64,000 nucleotides of DNA from Octopus sinensis (taxonomy: Eukaryota): positions 104,594,001-104,658,000 of the forward strand of contig NC_043000.1 of NCBI RefSeq assembly GCF_006345805.1, written 5' to 3'. A program made the position numbers and the translations under genes. Below are positions 38,911-53,229 of this stretch, in pieces. Within the stretch, counting starts at the first letter, position 1, and each line of letters starts with the position of its first letter. A model generated the notes under the pieces. It saw nothing but the letters and a program-made list of their open reading frames with translations. It was not told the DNA's origin and did not search any database.

Positions 38911-39568
38911 TCTTTTATTTATATTTTGCCAGCTCCGTCTGGCACCTGTGCGGGTGGCACGTAAAAAGCACCCACTACACTCACGGAGTGGTTGGCGTTA
39001 GGAAGGGCATCCAGCCGTAGAAACACTGCCAGATCAGACTGGGCCTGATGCAGCCTTCTGGCTTCACAGACCCCAGTTGAATCGTCCAACCCATGCTAGC
39101 ATGGAAAGCGGACGCTAAATGATGATGATGATGATGATGATGATGAGGCAAAGATAATAAATCATGAATATATGTTGTATGGTATTTGATATACCCACAT
39201 TTGTCTGTTATTCAAATATATGCCAGTGGCTCTGAGTTATTCCTTTTAGCTCATTTTGCAAATTACCTAAGCCATAAATAAATGTGTTTTACTTTTTTTT
39301 GTATAAGTGTAAGCCCCTTGGCTACTGGAGATAAGGTTGATCAAATGTTGCACTGATGATGCCTGTTGAGGCAGAAACACCCGTCCTCTTATCTCCTTTT
39401 CTTGAATGCCATGTCAGTTTTGGAGAATCCTTGAATCTTATTTTAACTTCTCAAGTGGAGCTAGTCTTAGTTGCTATTTGGTAATTATGATATATGTTCT
39501 AGACCTGGAGATAATTCTAATAGATCAAGAATTTATGTTGTATGGCATTTGACATGCCTGTATTTCTC

Positions 39569-39659
<91 letters not shown>

Positions 39660-40009
39660 GTGCATACACACACACACACACACATATATGGAGAGAGAGA
39701 AAGAGAAAGCGAGAGCTAAATAGATGGACCTTGATAGAAAGAAAGGCAGATGGACAGGCATGGAGGAAAGTGAGAATTTCAGAAACATACTCTTTACTCT
39801 TTACTCTTTTACTCTTTTACTTGTTTCAGTCATTTGACTGCGGCCATGCTGGAGCACCGCCTTTAGTCGAGCAAATCGACCCTGGGACTTATTCTTTGTA
39901 AGCCCAGTACTTATTCTATCGGTCTCTTTTGCCGAACCGCTAAGTTACGGGGACGTAAACACACCAGCATCGGTTGTCAAGCAATGCTAGGGGGACAAAC
40001 ACAGACACA

Positions 40010-40064
<55 letters not shown>

Positions 40065-40398
40065 TATATATATATATATATATTATATATATTATAATAC
40101 ATTATACGACATCCCTTTCAGTTTCCGTCTACCAAATCCACTCACAAGGCATTGGTCGGCCCGGGGCCATAGCAGAAGGCACTTGCCCAAGATGCCACGC
40201 AGTGGGACTGCACCTGGAACCATGCGGTTGGTTAGCAAGCTACTTACCACACAGCCACTCCTGCGCCTATAGTGAAAGATAGCTAAGGAGATATCTAAAC
40301 GGGGAGAATAATACAAAAATAATGACAGCCAATTGTTTCAGAAAGCTTTCCAGAACTGGTTGGCATACATGTTTAGGACACAACCTCAACAAGTAATT

Positions 40399-40450
<52 letters not shown>

Positions 40451-40519
40451 TCATTACCTCAATATTGTATAGTATGCAATTAATATATTACGCTAAATTA
40501 CATACAAATATGCAATACC

Positions 40520-40550
<31 letters not shown>

Positions 40551-40672
40551 ATATTAGCGGTGGTATTGATGATAATAGCGAAGATGGGGCTTTGATAATG
40601 TTTTATGATTTATTGTTATTGTCACAACCATCGTCATTATAATTGTTCCTTCTGCACACACACACACACACA

Positions 40673-40711
<39 letters not shown>

Positions 40712-41631
40712 TTCGCACGCACAGAGGAACTGTTATAATGACGATAATTGTTGCGATAACAATAAATCATAAAACAGCATCAACCCATCACCGCCAATAA
40801 CATGAACACTTGCGCCATTACCACCACCACCACCACCACTACAACCATAACCATCTTCAATACCATCACAATCTTCGTTATATCCACGAGGACAAAACCA
40901 TCAACCACAAACAATAAGAAATATACTATTTATAGACAACTTGGGCAACCGATCTGCTGGAAATAACAACCAAATCTTCCTAAAATAACACTCTGCTGCC
41001 TTAAAAAAATGAATGACATTAGGTAATATAGACTTAGAATCACATGTCCAAAACAAAGGGGTGAAGGTCACGACTGGAAGGCTTTTGATTGTTAGCCAGC
41101 TCAGTTATAGCTGTTTTGGGTTAAAACAACAACTATAACAATAACAATAGCTACAGCTGTAGTAGCAGTAACAAATAACATGACGCTTGAATGAATTAAA
41201 AAATGTCTATAGTTCACACACACATACACACACACGCACACATACATACGCACGCATACACACACACGTATATAAATGTGCGTGCATAACGCGCGCGCAT
41301 ACACACACACACACACAACAAACACGCTTATATACTATATATCAAAGCATACACACGTGCGTGAGTGTATGTGTATGTGTATGTGTGTTTGTGTATGTGT
41401 GTTTGTGTATGTGTGTGTGCGTGTGTGTGAATTGCAGAACAGTGAAATTTAAAGAAAATAAAAAAAACTGGGTATGTGCTAGTGTTTGCATGTGTATGAA
41501 TATATATAGCCGTGTGTGTGCATACACGTGAATGCACAACTGTAAATACCTACATATACATATCTTTCATCATGTTTACATACATCATGTAGATATGCGT
41601 GCATACAATATATATTATATATATATATATA

Positions 41632-41674
<43 letters not shown>

Positions 41675-41715
41675 ATATATATATTTTTTAAAATAACACA
41701 TATACTAATATATTA

Positions 41716-41749
<34 letters not shown>

Positions 41750-41818
41750 TATTAGAGACAAAACCACTATTTTGCAAAACAAACAAGGAAAGACTTAATC
41801 AATACATAAATTTTTAAT

Positions 41819-41918
41819 NNNNNNNNNNNNNNNNNNNNNNNNNNNNNNNNNNNNNNNNNNNNNNNNNNNNNNNNNNNNNNNNNNNNNNNNNNNNNNNNNN
41901 NNNNNNNNNNNNNNNNNN
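41819..41918. other. Assembly gap (100 N)
   Basis: Run of 100 N. Confidence 1.
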
Positions 41919-42360
41919 TTACTACCGCCTTAGCGAAGGCGGAGGTATTGTTTTCAGTTGTATTTGTTTGTTTGTTTGTTTGTTTGTTTGTCTGTGGACA
42001 AGATATCTCAAGAACGGCTGGATGGATTCGGATAAAACTTCCAGGGATGTTTGACCTCGTGACTGGCACGAACTGATTAGATTTTGGGATCGATCCGGTA
42101 CCGGACAAGGATTCTGGATTATTTTTCCTATTTTTTTTCTTTTTTTTTTTTTGAGAACGGTCGGGTTCATTTTTAGTATTCTCGTTTGTGAGAGCAGAGA
42201 AGAAGAAGAAGAAGAAGAAGAAGAAGAAGAAGAAGAAGAAGAAGAAGAAGAAGAAGAAGAAGAAGAATTTAAGATATTCTCATTTTAAAAATCATCTCTG
42301 GCTAATCGTTGAGGGGACGTTGATGTTTTCCTTGGCGCGGGTTTGTGCTGAGTGCTCTTA
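41919..42360 (+). mobile_element. Helentron-associated (HINE/DINE-like) element
   Basis: 5' hairpin CCGCC-TTAGCGAA-GGCGG, then a (GTTT)n tract, and a 3' CCTTGGCGCGGG...GAGTGCT end resembling the ATTACCTCCGCCAAGG...TTGGCGGAGG family. Confidence 0.6.
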
Positions 42361-43947
42361 TTTTTATATTACTTTCATATCTGTCTGTCCGCCCGTCTGT
42401 CTGTTTGTCTGTCTGTTTGTCTTTCTGTCTGCCTGTCTGTTAGTCATGCAGCTAGAAACACCCCCCCTAGAGAATCTGACAAACCACAGTGAGTCAACCA
42501 GGCTAGAAATAACAACCAAATTCTCACAAATTACACACACATCTTAATAACGAGTAGGACGCATTAGATAATCTGTTCCTATATACTCACCCCACTCCAA
42601 AAAAAAAAGAGAAAAAAGAAAGAAAGAAAGAAGGAAAAGAAAGGAGATTAATTATAGTTGGAATACTTTTGATCATAAGTTTGCTGAGTCTGAGTTGACC
42701 TGGGGCTAAACAATAACGACGACAACAACAACAACTACAACTACTAACAGTCCAACTGACAGCTGCCAGTTCTGCTACAGTTCCACTTTATTTCTTTCTC
42801 TGAGAGTTACGTTCTTCACATTGCAAGACAGACTGTTTTCTTCTCAACAACCGATTGTTGGTTTGTCTGAAGCCGATAGCTCGCCCTTCTTTTTGGAGTA
42901 CAGCACCAGTATCAATACGAACTTGGCCTGCTAGAAATAGCAGCATAACACCAATAAGTCAACACTGAACTATATTAAAAAGAAAATGTAGGATACACTC
43001 GCCGATATAGCTCTAGAATTTTTTTAAATGGTGGGTTGGTCACAGCTGGAACGTCTTTTAGCATTGGTCTATTCGTTTAGGGATAACAGGAACTAAATGT
43101 TAACCACGACAACAAGGTCAGCCACAATAATAACACAAGCGATGACAGAAGATAATAAGGTGGCTCGTAAGTGACAGCTCGACCAGCTAGAAATAACTAC
43201 TAATTCTCCCTCAAATCACGTACTGCTACCTTTAAAATAATGTTGAATACATTGGAATTCGATATTGCAGTTGAAAAATATATTTTAAATAAAAGACGGG
43301 ATGATCACGTTTGAAATGTTTTTGACCAAAGGTCTGTTCAATCGGGGCCGACTGGAGCTGAACAAGAACATCCTCCTCCTCCTCCTTCTCCTCGTCGTCG
43401 TCGTCGTCATCATCATCATCATCATCATCATCAACAAGAACAGCAACAACAACAACTACAACAGTAGAGCTGTAACATCGGTGCATAGCACGACTTTAAC
43501 AACAAACAACATTAACAATTGTAACATGACTAACAGTAATAAGAGAAACTTAATCAAATGGAACAGTGACAAAAGTGTTAATGGGTAAGAAGACTTTAAT
43601 TACAACAGCAGCACATAACAAGGTTGTGACAATAATAATAACAACAGCAACAGCCACACATATTAGGAATGTAACATTAATAGAAACGAAGCATTAACAG
43701 GTGTAACAATGTATATATCAGGACTGTAACATTACCAACAGCAACATTAAGAGGTGTAACAGCGGCATATACCTGAACTGTAACTATAGCAACAACAGTA
43801 GCATTGATATTTGTAATAGCAATACATAGCAGGACTGTAACATTAACAACAGCAAAAGTAACATTAACAGGTGTAACAGCAGCATATAGCAGGATTGTAA
43901 CAACAACATTAACAGGTGTAATAGCGGCATATACCAGAATAGTAACA

Positions 43948-44517
43948 GTAACATTAACAGATGTAAGATAGCATATGACAAAACTGTAACATTAACAGGT
44001 GTAACATAGCATATGACAAAACTGTAACATTAACAGGTTTAATATAGCATATGACAAAACTGTAACATTAACAGGTATAACATAGCATATGACAAAACTG
44101 TAACATTAACATGTGTAACATAGCATATGACAAAACTGTAACGTTAACAGGTGTAACATAGCATGATAAAACTAACATTAACAGGTGTAACATAGCATAT
44201 GACAAAACTGTAACATTAACAGGTGTAACATAGCATATGACAAAACTGTAACATTAACAGGTGTAACATAGCATATGACAAAACTGTAACATTAACAGGT
44301 GTAACATAGCATATGACAAAACTGTAACATTAACAGGTGTAACATAGCATATGACAAAACTATAACATTAATAGGTGTAACATAGCATATGACAAAACTG
44401 TAACATTAACAGGTGTAACATAGCATGATAAAACTGTAACATTAATAGGTGTAACATAGCATATGACAAAACTGTAACATTAACAGGTGTAACATAGCAT
44501 ATGACAAAACTGTAATA
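43948..44517. repeat. 38-bp minisatellite (~15 copies) with diverged flanks spanning ~43560-44900
   Basis: Unit GTAACATTAACAGGTGTAACATAGCATATGACAAAACT. Confidence 0.95.
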
Positions 44518-45129
44518 ATAACGACAACAATAACATTTATATTAGTAACAGCAGCACATAACAGGACTTTAACATTAATTACAAGAGTAATAAGTATAAC
44601 TGCAGCACATACGAGGATTATAATATTAACAACAGCAACATTAACAGGTGTAACAGCAGCACATAAGTGGATTGTGACATTAATAACAGCAACATTAACA
44701 GGTGTAACAGCAGCAATAACAGGGCAGTAACATTAGTAGTAGCACTATTAACAGGTGTAACAGCGGCACATAATAGGAATGTAACCACAACAGAAACAGC
44801 AACAACGATAACGACATTAACAGCTGTAACATCAGAAGATAAAAAAATAATAACTGTAACATCAGCAACACTAATATTAACATCAAACACAGCTATAACA
44901 GCTGCTGCATTTATGGCTGCTGATACTGTAACGCATAAGAAGAGCTAACGTGAGGGATGAGGGCAAGATAGTAAGTTGATATGCTTCAAATAAAAAAAAT
45001 GAATCTCCCTTAAATTACCCTCTAATTTTCTAGATTAAGACATGACATATTAGGACCTAATATTTCACAAAATTTCCTTTCAATCAATTGTGTGTTTATA
45101 GGTCTATAACCGCCTTTAAAAATATTTTC

Positions 45130-45211
45130 ACTTGATTTTTATAAATGAGGCCCGCCAAGGTTCCAAAGACGCACTGTGCGGCCCGCGATCAAAAAAGTTC
45201 GCCCACCCCTG
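45130..45211. mobile_element. hAT-type MITE terminus
   Basis: TGCGGCCCGCG...AAAAAGTTCGCCCACCCCTG matches the common CAGGGGTGGGC hAT TIR; partner end not found. Confidence 0.6.
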
Positions 45212-46249
45212 TATTAGGTAGTGTAGTCCTACATAACTAAGAAAGACGAGATGGTCGTGGCTGGATTACGATGACCGTTTTTGTTCACAGACCTGCTCGA
45301 TTGGGGTTTACCATGCATTAAATAAACATCTACGGTAATAACAAGAATATTTACAACTACGACTACAACAACTGTAAGCTTAACGATGCACGCACGCGCG
45401 CACAAGTAACCTACCGAGGGTCACTCCCTAAAAGTGTCTCGACCTTCTAGAAATAGCAATCAAATCTGTTCCAAATCACTCCTTACAGTCTTGGAAAGGG
45501 AAGAGGAGGTATTAGTGGCTCTCCTAATGACATTTATTGCTTATGTTGACACAAAGTCAACAAACTATAAGGAAATGCATTATCAACATAATCCATACCA
45601 CTATATAACTGTTACTAATTTATCGATCCCAGACGGCGAGCTGGCAAATTCTTTAACATGTCGGACTTAGTGGTATTTCTTTCGATTCCTTAAGTTCTGT
45701 GTTCAAATTTCGCGGAGGTCGACTTCGTTTTTCATTCTTCCAGTATCGATAAAAAAAAGTACCGGTTGAGCAGTGGTCAATGTAATCGGCTTGCTCTTTC
45801 CTTTAAAAATTGCTGGCTTTGTGCCAAAATTAGAAAGAATTTTACCGATCTCTAGAAAAGAAGGGAAACTCATTCGCGATATAGTTTAAACTCGGAATGC
45901 AAAGAAATGTAACGTAAATACGGCAATTATTTTGTCTGTTACTCTTCCCATTCTGCTAACCATAGAGCTATCACCTTCAGCTAGGATTTTTAACAGTGGT
46001 ACAAAGACACAAATACAAAGGAAGTGAAGTGTCGATTAAATCTTCAACAGCATATTACTGGTACTTTAACCATCATAGAGCTATAGATTTTAGCGCGAAG
46101 GAACGTATCTTAACATCACAATACATTTTGTCTGATTCTGTTATCTACTGCCTTGTCACCCAAAATAATTATATTCTGGTATCAACCGGCTTATCACCTT
46201 CAAGAATGATATTGTGGTATTTGCCTTTATACCACTCATAATGATGTTT

Positions 46250-47530
46250 TCAAATTTTGGCACGTGGCCAGAAATTTCGGGGAACGGGGTAAGTTGATTA
46301 CATCGACCCCAGTGCTCAACTGGCAATTATTTTATCAACTCCGAAATAATGAAAGGCAAAGTCGACCTCAGTGGCTGTTGAACTCAAAACATAAAGCCGA
46401 ACGAAATGCCGCTAAATATTTTGTCTGGCGTGCTATCGATTCTGCCATCTCGCTGACTAGTGGTTTCTGATTTATATACAAGGCCAGCTATTTTGTTGGA
46501 AAGGGGTAAGTCAATGCCATCGGCCTCAGCACTTGACTGGAAATTTTATTTTCTCGACCTTGAAAGACAAGGGTGGTCTTCATTGGATTTGGACTCAGAA
46601 AGTTAAGAACCGGAACTAATAACACAAAGCATTTTTCCGTCGATTCTGCCAGCTTGCAGCCTTACAAATAACCCCTTCCACTATAGGCACAAGGCTCATC
46701 TGGTACTTATTTCATCGATCGAAAGGATGAAAAGAAAAGTCAACATCGGTGGAATCTTCCTTGCAAATAATGATAATCCCTTCTACTATAAGCACAAGGC
46801 CTGAAATTTGGGGGAGGGGGATAGTCAATTGCATCGACCCCAATGCTCAACTTGCTCTTATTTTATCGATCCCGAAAAGATGAAATGTAAGATTGACCTC
46901 GGCGGAATTTGAACTGGGAACATAAAGATGGACGAGAGGCCGCTAAATATTTTATCTGGGACAGTAATGATTCTGCTGGATCGCTGCCTTAGTCAATCGT
47001 AATAACAGTTTGAAATTTTGGCACAAGGCCAGCAATTTCAAGGAACGTGATAAGCCGATTTCATCGACTGCAGTGCTTAAATAGTACTTATTTTATCGAC
47101 CCCGAAAGGAAGAAAAGCAAAGTCGACCTCGGTAGTATTTGAACTCAGACGGATAAAATGCCTCTAAGCATTTAACCCGGTATGCTAACGGTTCTGCCAC
47201 CTCGCCGCATTAGTCAATACGAATAATCCTTTCTACTATAGGTACAAGGCCTCAACTGGTACTTATTTTATTGACCCCGAAAGGCAAGGTCGACCTCGGC
47301 AGAATTTCAACTCAGAACTGACGAAATGCCGCTAAGCATTTTGCCCGGTGTGCTAACGATTCTGCCAGCTCGCTGCCTTCGCCAATCCTAATAATAGCAC
47401 TTCCAACACACACACATTTTGTGCTATACCAATCATAAGTAATTGACTGAATAATAAATATTTTATCGACCCCCACCAGCAAGGATAAAAGGTGAAGTCA
47501 ACCTTATTTGAACTCAGAACATAAAAGTAC
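46250..47530 (-). repeat. Head-to-tail cluster of ~7 Nin-domain SINE copies/fragments
   Basis: Repeated GGCACAAGGCC...CATCGACCCC..TGCTCAACTGGTACTTATTTTATCGACCCCGAAAGGATGAAAGG modules, all in one orientation. Confidence 0.85.
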
Positions 47531-47936
47531 AACAGCATATTTCTCCCCGACACTTCACAGACTTTCCCAACACACTGTTCTAACCCAAATATAAATATTA
47601 ATACGTTATAGCATTAATAATAGTAGTGCAGTATAATAATGGTGTTTTACAGCTGAATATTAATAGATTCGCTGAAGAATATCAATACTGGTACGGCATA
47701 AACACACACCACACAACACACACACACACACACACACACACAACACACACACACACACGCACGCACGCACGCACACACACACACACACACACACATATAC
47801 TCACTCACTCACTCACTCACACACATTTTCCTGTAATAAGTGATATTATGTCTTTATGTGTATGTGTGCATGCATATATGTGTGTGTATAAAAAAACATT
47901 TATCAAATAAAGGAACATATACGTACACACACACAT

Positions 47937-47969
<33 letters not shown>

Positions 47970-48018
47970 CATATATATATACACACATGTATATATACAT
48001 ATATGTATTTATGTATAA

Positions 48019-48060
<42 letters not shown>

Positions 48061-48228
48061 ATATACATACATATATGTATGTGCATATACACATGTACGT
48101 GCAACTGCATATTTTCATATGTATATGTATGGTATGTATGCATGATTGCATATATGTCTGTATGTGTATGCACGTATGTATGAATGTGTAATGTTTATGA
48201 ATGTATGTGTATTTGTGAGTATGTATAT

Positions 48229-48291
<63 letters not shown>

Positions 48292-49136
48292 TTATTTGGC
48301 TAATCTTGAAACGTTGACGTACTCAACGATCTATGTACTTGTGATATTTTCTGTTTATACCTCCAACCTTCGTGAGCTGTCTGGGTAAACATTATCTGAG
48401 AGATTTTCTTTAAGTAGTAAAATGGCTAAAAAAATGTTTTTGGCTGCTTTCTCTACTAAGTCATTATGTGGCAAAGTAATTTATTTTACTAAGCCCTAAT
48501 ATATAATGTAATATTTTGAATTCGCCTTAAATGGTCCTTTTACATACTGAACACTTGGTGAAATTGATTAATTAATTTTACCCTCAATTGTTGATATTAT
48601 AATTCATTTCTCTCGTCATACTGCCTCGGTTCTCGCGGTTTAAAAATATAATGTTTGCTAGATAGACCACGTGGGTGGAAAGGAGTGCAGAAATTTACGC
48701 CTGCGCATTTTGAATTTGTGGCACTGGCAGTGGGAGCTAGGTTATCTGAAGCAACAAGTTCGCCGATAGGTAAAGTTCCTCTTTTAGTGTTTCCAAATCA
48801 AATTAAGAAATTTTGAGCTGACGATAGAAATGCTGATTTTATTTGGCTAATCTTGAAACGTTGACGTACTCAAACGATCTATGTACTGTGATATTTTTCT
48901 GTATTTACCTCCAACCTTCGTGAGCTGTCTGGAGTAAACATTATCTGAGAGAAATTTTCTTTAAGTAGTAGAAATGGCTAAAAAAATGTTTTTGGCTGCT
49001 TTTTATTATTTATATTCAGTATGTGTAAGTAATTTATTTTACTAAGCCCTAATTATATAATATATATATATATATTATATATATATATATATTATATATA
49101 TATATATATATAATATATATACACATACATATATAT

Positions 49137-49167
<31 letters not shown>

Positions 49168-49599
49168 TCATACATACGTACACAGGCTGATGGCGCATAA
49201 TCACTCTGTATGTGATTGCATAATCTTGTACATGTATATAGTTCTGGCCAGTAGGTTATAAAACTCTTGCACTATAGATATATATGTAACCAGCTGAATA
49301 AATATTTCTGACGTCAGAAGTGAAGTAAAAATCGAATTAGATTTGTAGAGCAAGGTAGTAAAAAAAAATGTGCAGGAAAAAGCTATTAGATAAATAAAAT
49401 ATTAATATGAGAGATAGTAAGACTATGATAAATGGCTTGAATTAGAAGTTCTGAGAGCAATTCTTAATGGAACTGAATTTCTCAGTTGTTCGAAAAATAA
49501 TGAAAAAAGTGAAAAATATAAAAAAAAGCTGTTTTATTGAAAGGAATTGGAGAAAAGATTTAAAATTTCCAAAGTACTTCCGTTATATTGGTAAAGGAA

Positions 49600-52450
49600 T
49601 TCATATAATTTTCTAAAGGTCAATAGATAAGATAAACTTCGTGATGTTAAGTCTTGATAATCGGACAATTGTGTCTGGAAAAAGTTAGTTCTATAGCTAT
49701 CTTAGACCAGGTAGCTTTGATATTTGAGCAATTTTATCTGGAAGAAGTCAACAGATAAGCTATAGTCTTGGAACAGCAAGGCCTTACATTCGAGTAATTG
49801 CATCCGGAAGAGGATCGGATATGTCAGCAGCGTAAAAAATGGACTTTCTCTGACTGTTGTGTCTTTTTTAAAGCCTGAACTGCTATCAGTGAATAGCTTT
49901 CACATAATTGTGTTATTCTGTATTGATGATCATAGAGATATATGTGGAAGATGGTCATAGACGGGATAAAATCACACGACAATAAGCCTTAATACTGAAG
50001 CATTTATACCTCGAAGGAGTTTATAGCTCGGTTGAAATCTAAAGTCTACAAACCTTCACTTTCGTGCAAATTTATTTAGAAAGTGACATCTCGTAGTAAT
50101 TGTCCAGTTATATGTTTTTCGATAAAAAGAGCGAAATTCTGTCCACAACCGAGCGGCCAAAAGATATTTTAGCTGATAACATTTGTGTCACCAACAGGAG
50201 AATATGAAGAGGGCTGTTTTTCTCTGAAATGGAAATATTTGAATAAACGAACTACTTACAAAAAGTTTTCATTCACTATTGAAAACCTGACATTTGTGGG
50301 TATGCATAGATAATCTACTTACAAATGTCTCAGTAAAAAAAGGCAACATTTTTATTTGATTTTACTATCCTTATTTTATTGATCACATGATAGAAAAATT
50401 GATCCTGGCAAAATTTGAACTAAGACCATACAGAGGCGTTGCTAAATACTGCAGAGGATTACGCGGCGCGACTTTCAACCAGCATGGTGAGTTATATTGA
50501 ATAAAATATTTTTGTCTCCATTGTTTTCTTAAAATATCTGTTGATGTGAAGATTCCAGCTAATATCTGGAATGGAAGATGTTGTACAAGTAATTCACTTG
50601 TTGAAATACTTTAATTTCACCTTTTTTGCAAGCCAGCACGGAGCTACTCAATGGTTACTCGAATATAATTGAAATATCAGTCAAATATTCCTCGATTCAT
50701 ACCTATAGAACGATACACTCGGTAAAGTAGTCCAAAAGACATACTGCCTGAAAAGATGCCAGAATAGTCACAGTTGGAACATCAGAGATCTCGTCAATCC
50801 CAGATGAACTGATATTAAGCAGGGCAACAAAATCTTATCTTTAGATTGTATATTTACACGCTGTTGACTCAATTTCAGATCTTCATCAGTTGAATTATTC
50901 CAGATATAGCCCCTGTTTGGCCTGAAATTAGAAACCTTTATTTTCAGGCCAATTAGTAGTAATGTCCTTATCCCCTAAGCCACTGACGCACGTACGATTA
51001 TTTGTTGCAAGATTTATTTGTTAGTAAAAGCAGCTATATTAAACTAATGCCATTGCTGAATTTACTAGTTGGAAAAGAATTAGTGAGAGTTCTAGGTACC
51101 TGTTCCATTAACCTTTCGTTTCGAATGTGCTTCTCAGTTATCTGAAAATATCAAATGCTCTTAATAAAAGGTTGAATATATATGGTACGAGAAGGAAATG
51201 CATATAGCAGTATAGAATTAAGGAATACGATACGTAGGAGATTCTACTTATCGAAATAACTGTGCAGATATGAATTTTACTCTTTCTGTAGCTCAGTCAG
51301 AAAGAAAAGAAACGTCTCTGTAATTGGTGAAGGAAAGGGCTGATCCAAATGCTGCAAAAAAGTGAACCCCGCTTAAGGCATCAAGGACCAGGTAGTGTTA
51401 TTTAACCAACTAACTGATGAAGTTTATAACTCAAGAATGTAAATAAACCTGTAAAAGATGAGGTTAATAATGAAAATTCAGTCTTATTAACAGTAATTAA
51501 TCAAATATTTAGGTCCTTGTTTCTTACCCGTTTTAGTTCTACGCCAAATTTTGATTTAAAGAAGAAAAGAAAGGCAGAAACGTGTGCCTCACCATAAAAA
51601 CAGTTAATATATAAGCTATCTACATTAAAAGGAAGTTTTAATTAAAACTTTATTGCTAGTTTTATTATCTTGCTTCATTTTGAAGTAATCCACGCCCCAC
51701 CAAAATATTGCCACACTCACCTTCAGAAACATTGATTTAGACCTTCACTGTATTTTGTTGTAATAGTTGGGCTTGTAGGTCTTGCTGTTATGGTTGTAGT
51801 TTTAGTTCTTGTGAACATTATTGCTTTATTACATTGTTGTGATGGTGGGTAGCGAGTTCTTTGATGTCTACTCAAGCCTTCTTGTAACATCATTGGTTTT
51901 CATCTACTTCGTGGCCTCCAGGATAACTTCTTGACATGACTTTTTTTCTTTCTTGATGAAGAATCAGAAGGAGAAATATTGGAAGAAACGAAGGGAAGAA
52001 ACATAACTGCATGCCTGAGTTTGTTTTGACATAACTCTCATTTGACTCCCCCACCCTAAGGATTTTCAAGAGATTCGCTAGGATGACATCTGAGCTTCCG
52101 GCCAGTTCAGGTTTGAATTTGAGAATCTCTTCATACTCTTTCAACATTATTACATATAATTCGAAACTTTGTCGCTTATTGCCCCATGTAGCCTTAAGGG
52201 TAAACATTGAAGAAGCTTACGATGATTGAAAACGTCTTGGTTTTATCTTTATAGCGCTCAAAGTCACTTCTGTCCCATATTTTCTCCCTTTGTATAAGCT
52301 GTTTAGGTACATTTGTCCTACATTGGAGTTGTCGACTTTCCCCCCCTATTTTCAAATCTGCAAAGAATTTATCTGTATTGATCTTTTTGTTTCTTTCGTA
52401 TTGCCTATGGCAATGAAAGTATTCAAGGTCGTAAACAATGCAACTTTGTG
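49600..52450 (-). pseudogene. Possible very old LINE reverse transcriptase remnant
   Basis: Patchy motifs only: KFFADL...YLNSLY (~52300), AGSSDVILANLLKI (~52080), FYAADI...ISKLPGLR (~49830-49710). Confidence 0.3.
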
Positions 52451-52819
52451 CCTTTGCCTAAAGGCCTCTTTTTTGCTAACGAGTTCGAACGAAATAGCAT
52501 TGTGCTAGTGGCAAGAGTGTTGCTTTCTATGCTGATAGTGGTGATGGTAGTGGCGTAGTGTAGGTATTATTGTTGACACTGCTGCTACTGACGGACACAT
52601 TGTGCGAGACTTAGATTGTAAAACAGAAACAGCGTGGCTGTGTGGTAAGAAGCTTGCTTTCCAACCACATGGTTCAGTCTCATTGCGCGACAACATGGCC
52701 AAGTGTCTTCTACTACAGCCTCTGCTATAATATATATATATATATATATAGATATATATATATATATATTATATATATAACTTACTTGGAAAAGGATGCG
52801 TGGTGTTCGATCATATAAT

Positions 52820-53059
52820 AATTATAATATATATAAATATGCATATAAAAACATACAATATGTACATATCTACATATATGTATATACATGCATATATGGG
52901 TACGACATCAAAAAAACGTTGAACACAATGAGAAACGAAAACAAAATGTTTCGTTTCTCATTGTGTTCAACGTTTTTTGATGTCCTGTACCCATATATGC
53001 AACTATATATACATATATATGTAGGTATGTACATATTTGTATGTATATATGCATATATT

Positions 53060-53075
<16 letters not shown>
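52820..53075. repeat. Fold-back palindrome (~125-bp arms, ~5-8-nt loop) of the PLE pseudo-LTR tail
   Basis: GACATCAAAAAAACGTTGAACACAATGAGAAACGAAA / TTTCGTTTCTCATTGTGTTCAACGTTTTTTGATGTC centred at ~52945; the same tail occurs at ~61000-61050. Confidence 0.9.
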
Positions 53076-53103
<28 letters not shown>

Positions 53104-53191
53104 GGAAAGTTTACGAAAATAAACTAAGGACGAAGGCAGGTGGAGTACAAACAAACAAATGTATTAGTATAGCGCTCAGGAATAGAAAAAG

Positions 53192-53229
53192 TCTTTAACG
53201 TTTCGAGCCTACGCTCTTCGGCAGAAAGA
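53192..53229 (-). ncRNA. Minimal type I hammerhead-like motif with A6-to-C change
   Basis: Reverse complement TCTTT-CTGCCGA-A-GAGC-GTAG-GCTC-GAA-ACGT-T-AAAGA: stem I 5 bp, stem II 4 bp, ACGT palindrome. Confidence 0.7.

Noticed and set aside
44667-44948. Thr-rich mucin-like ORF
   Set aside because: It is a translation of the degenerate minisatellite flank, with no splice or expression evidence.
50840-50900. Minus-strand CTGATGAAGATCTGAAA and a possible small exon after a TTTCAG acceptor
   Set aside because: No stem II or valid stem III can be built, and the exon-like frame has no recognisable homology.
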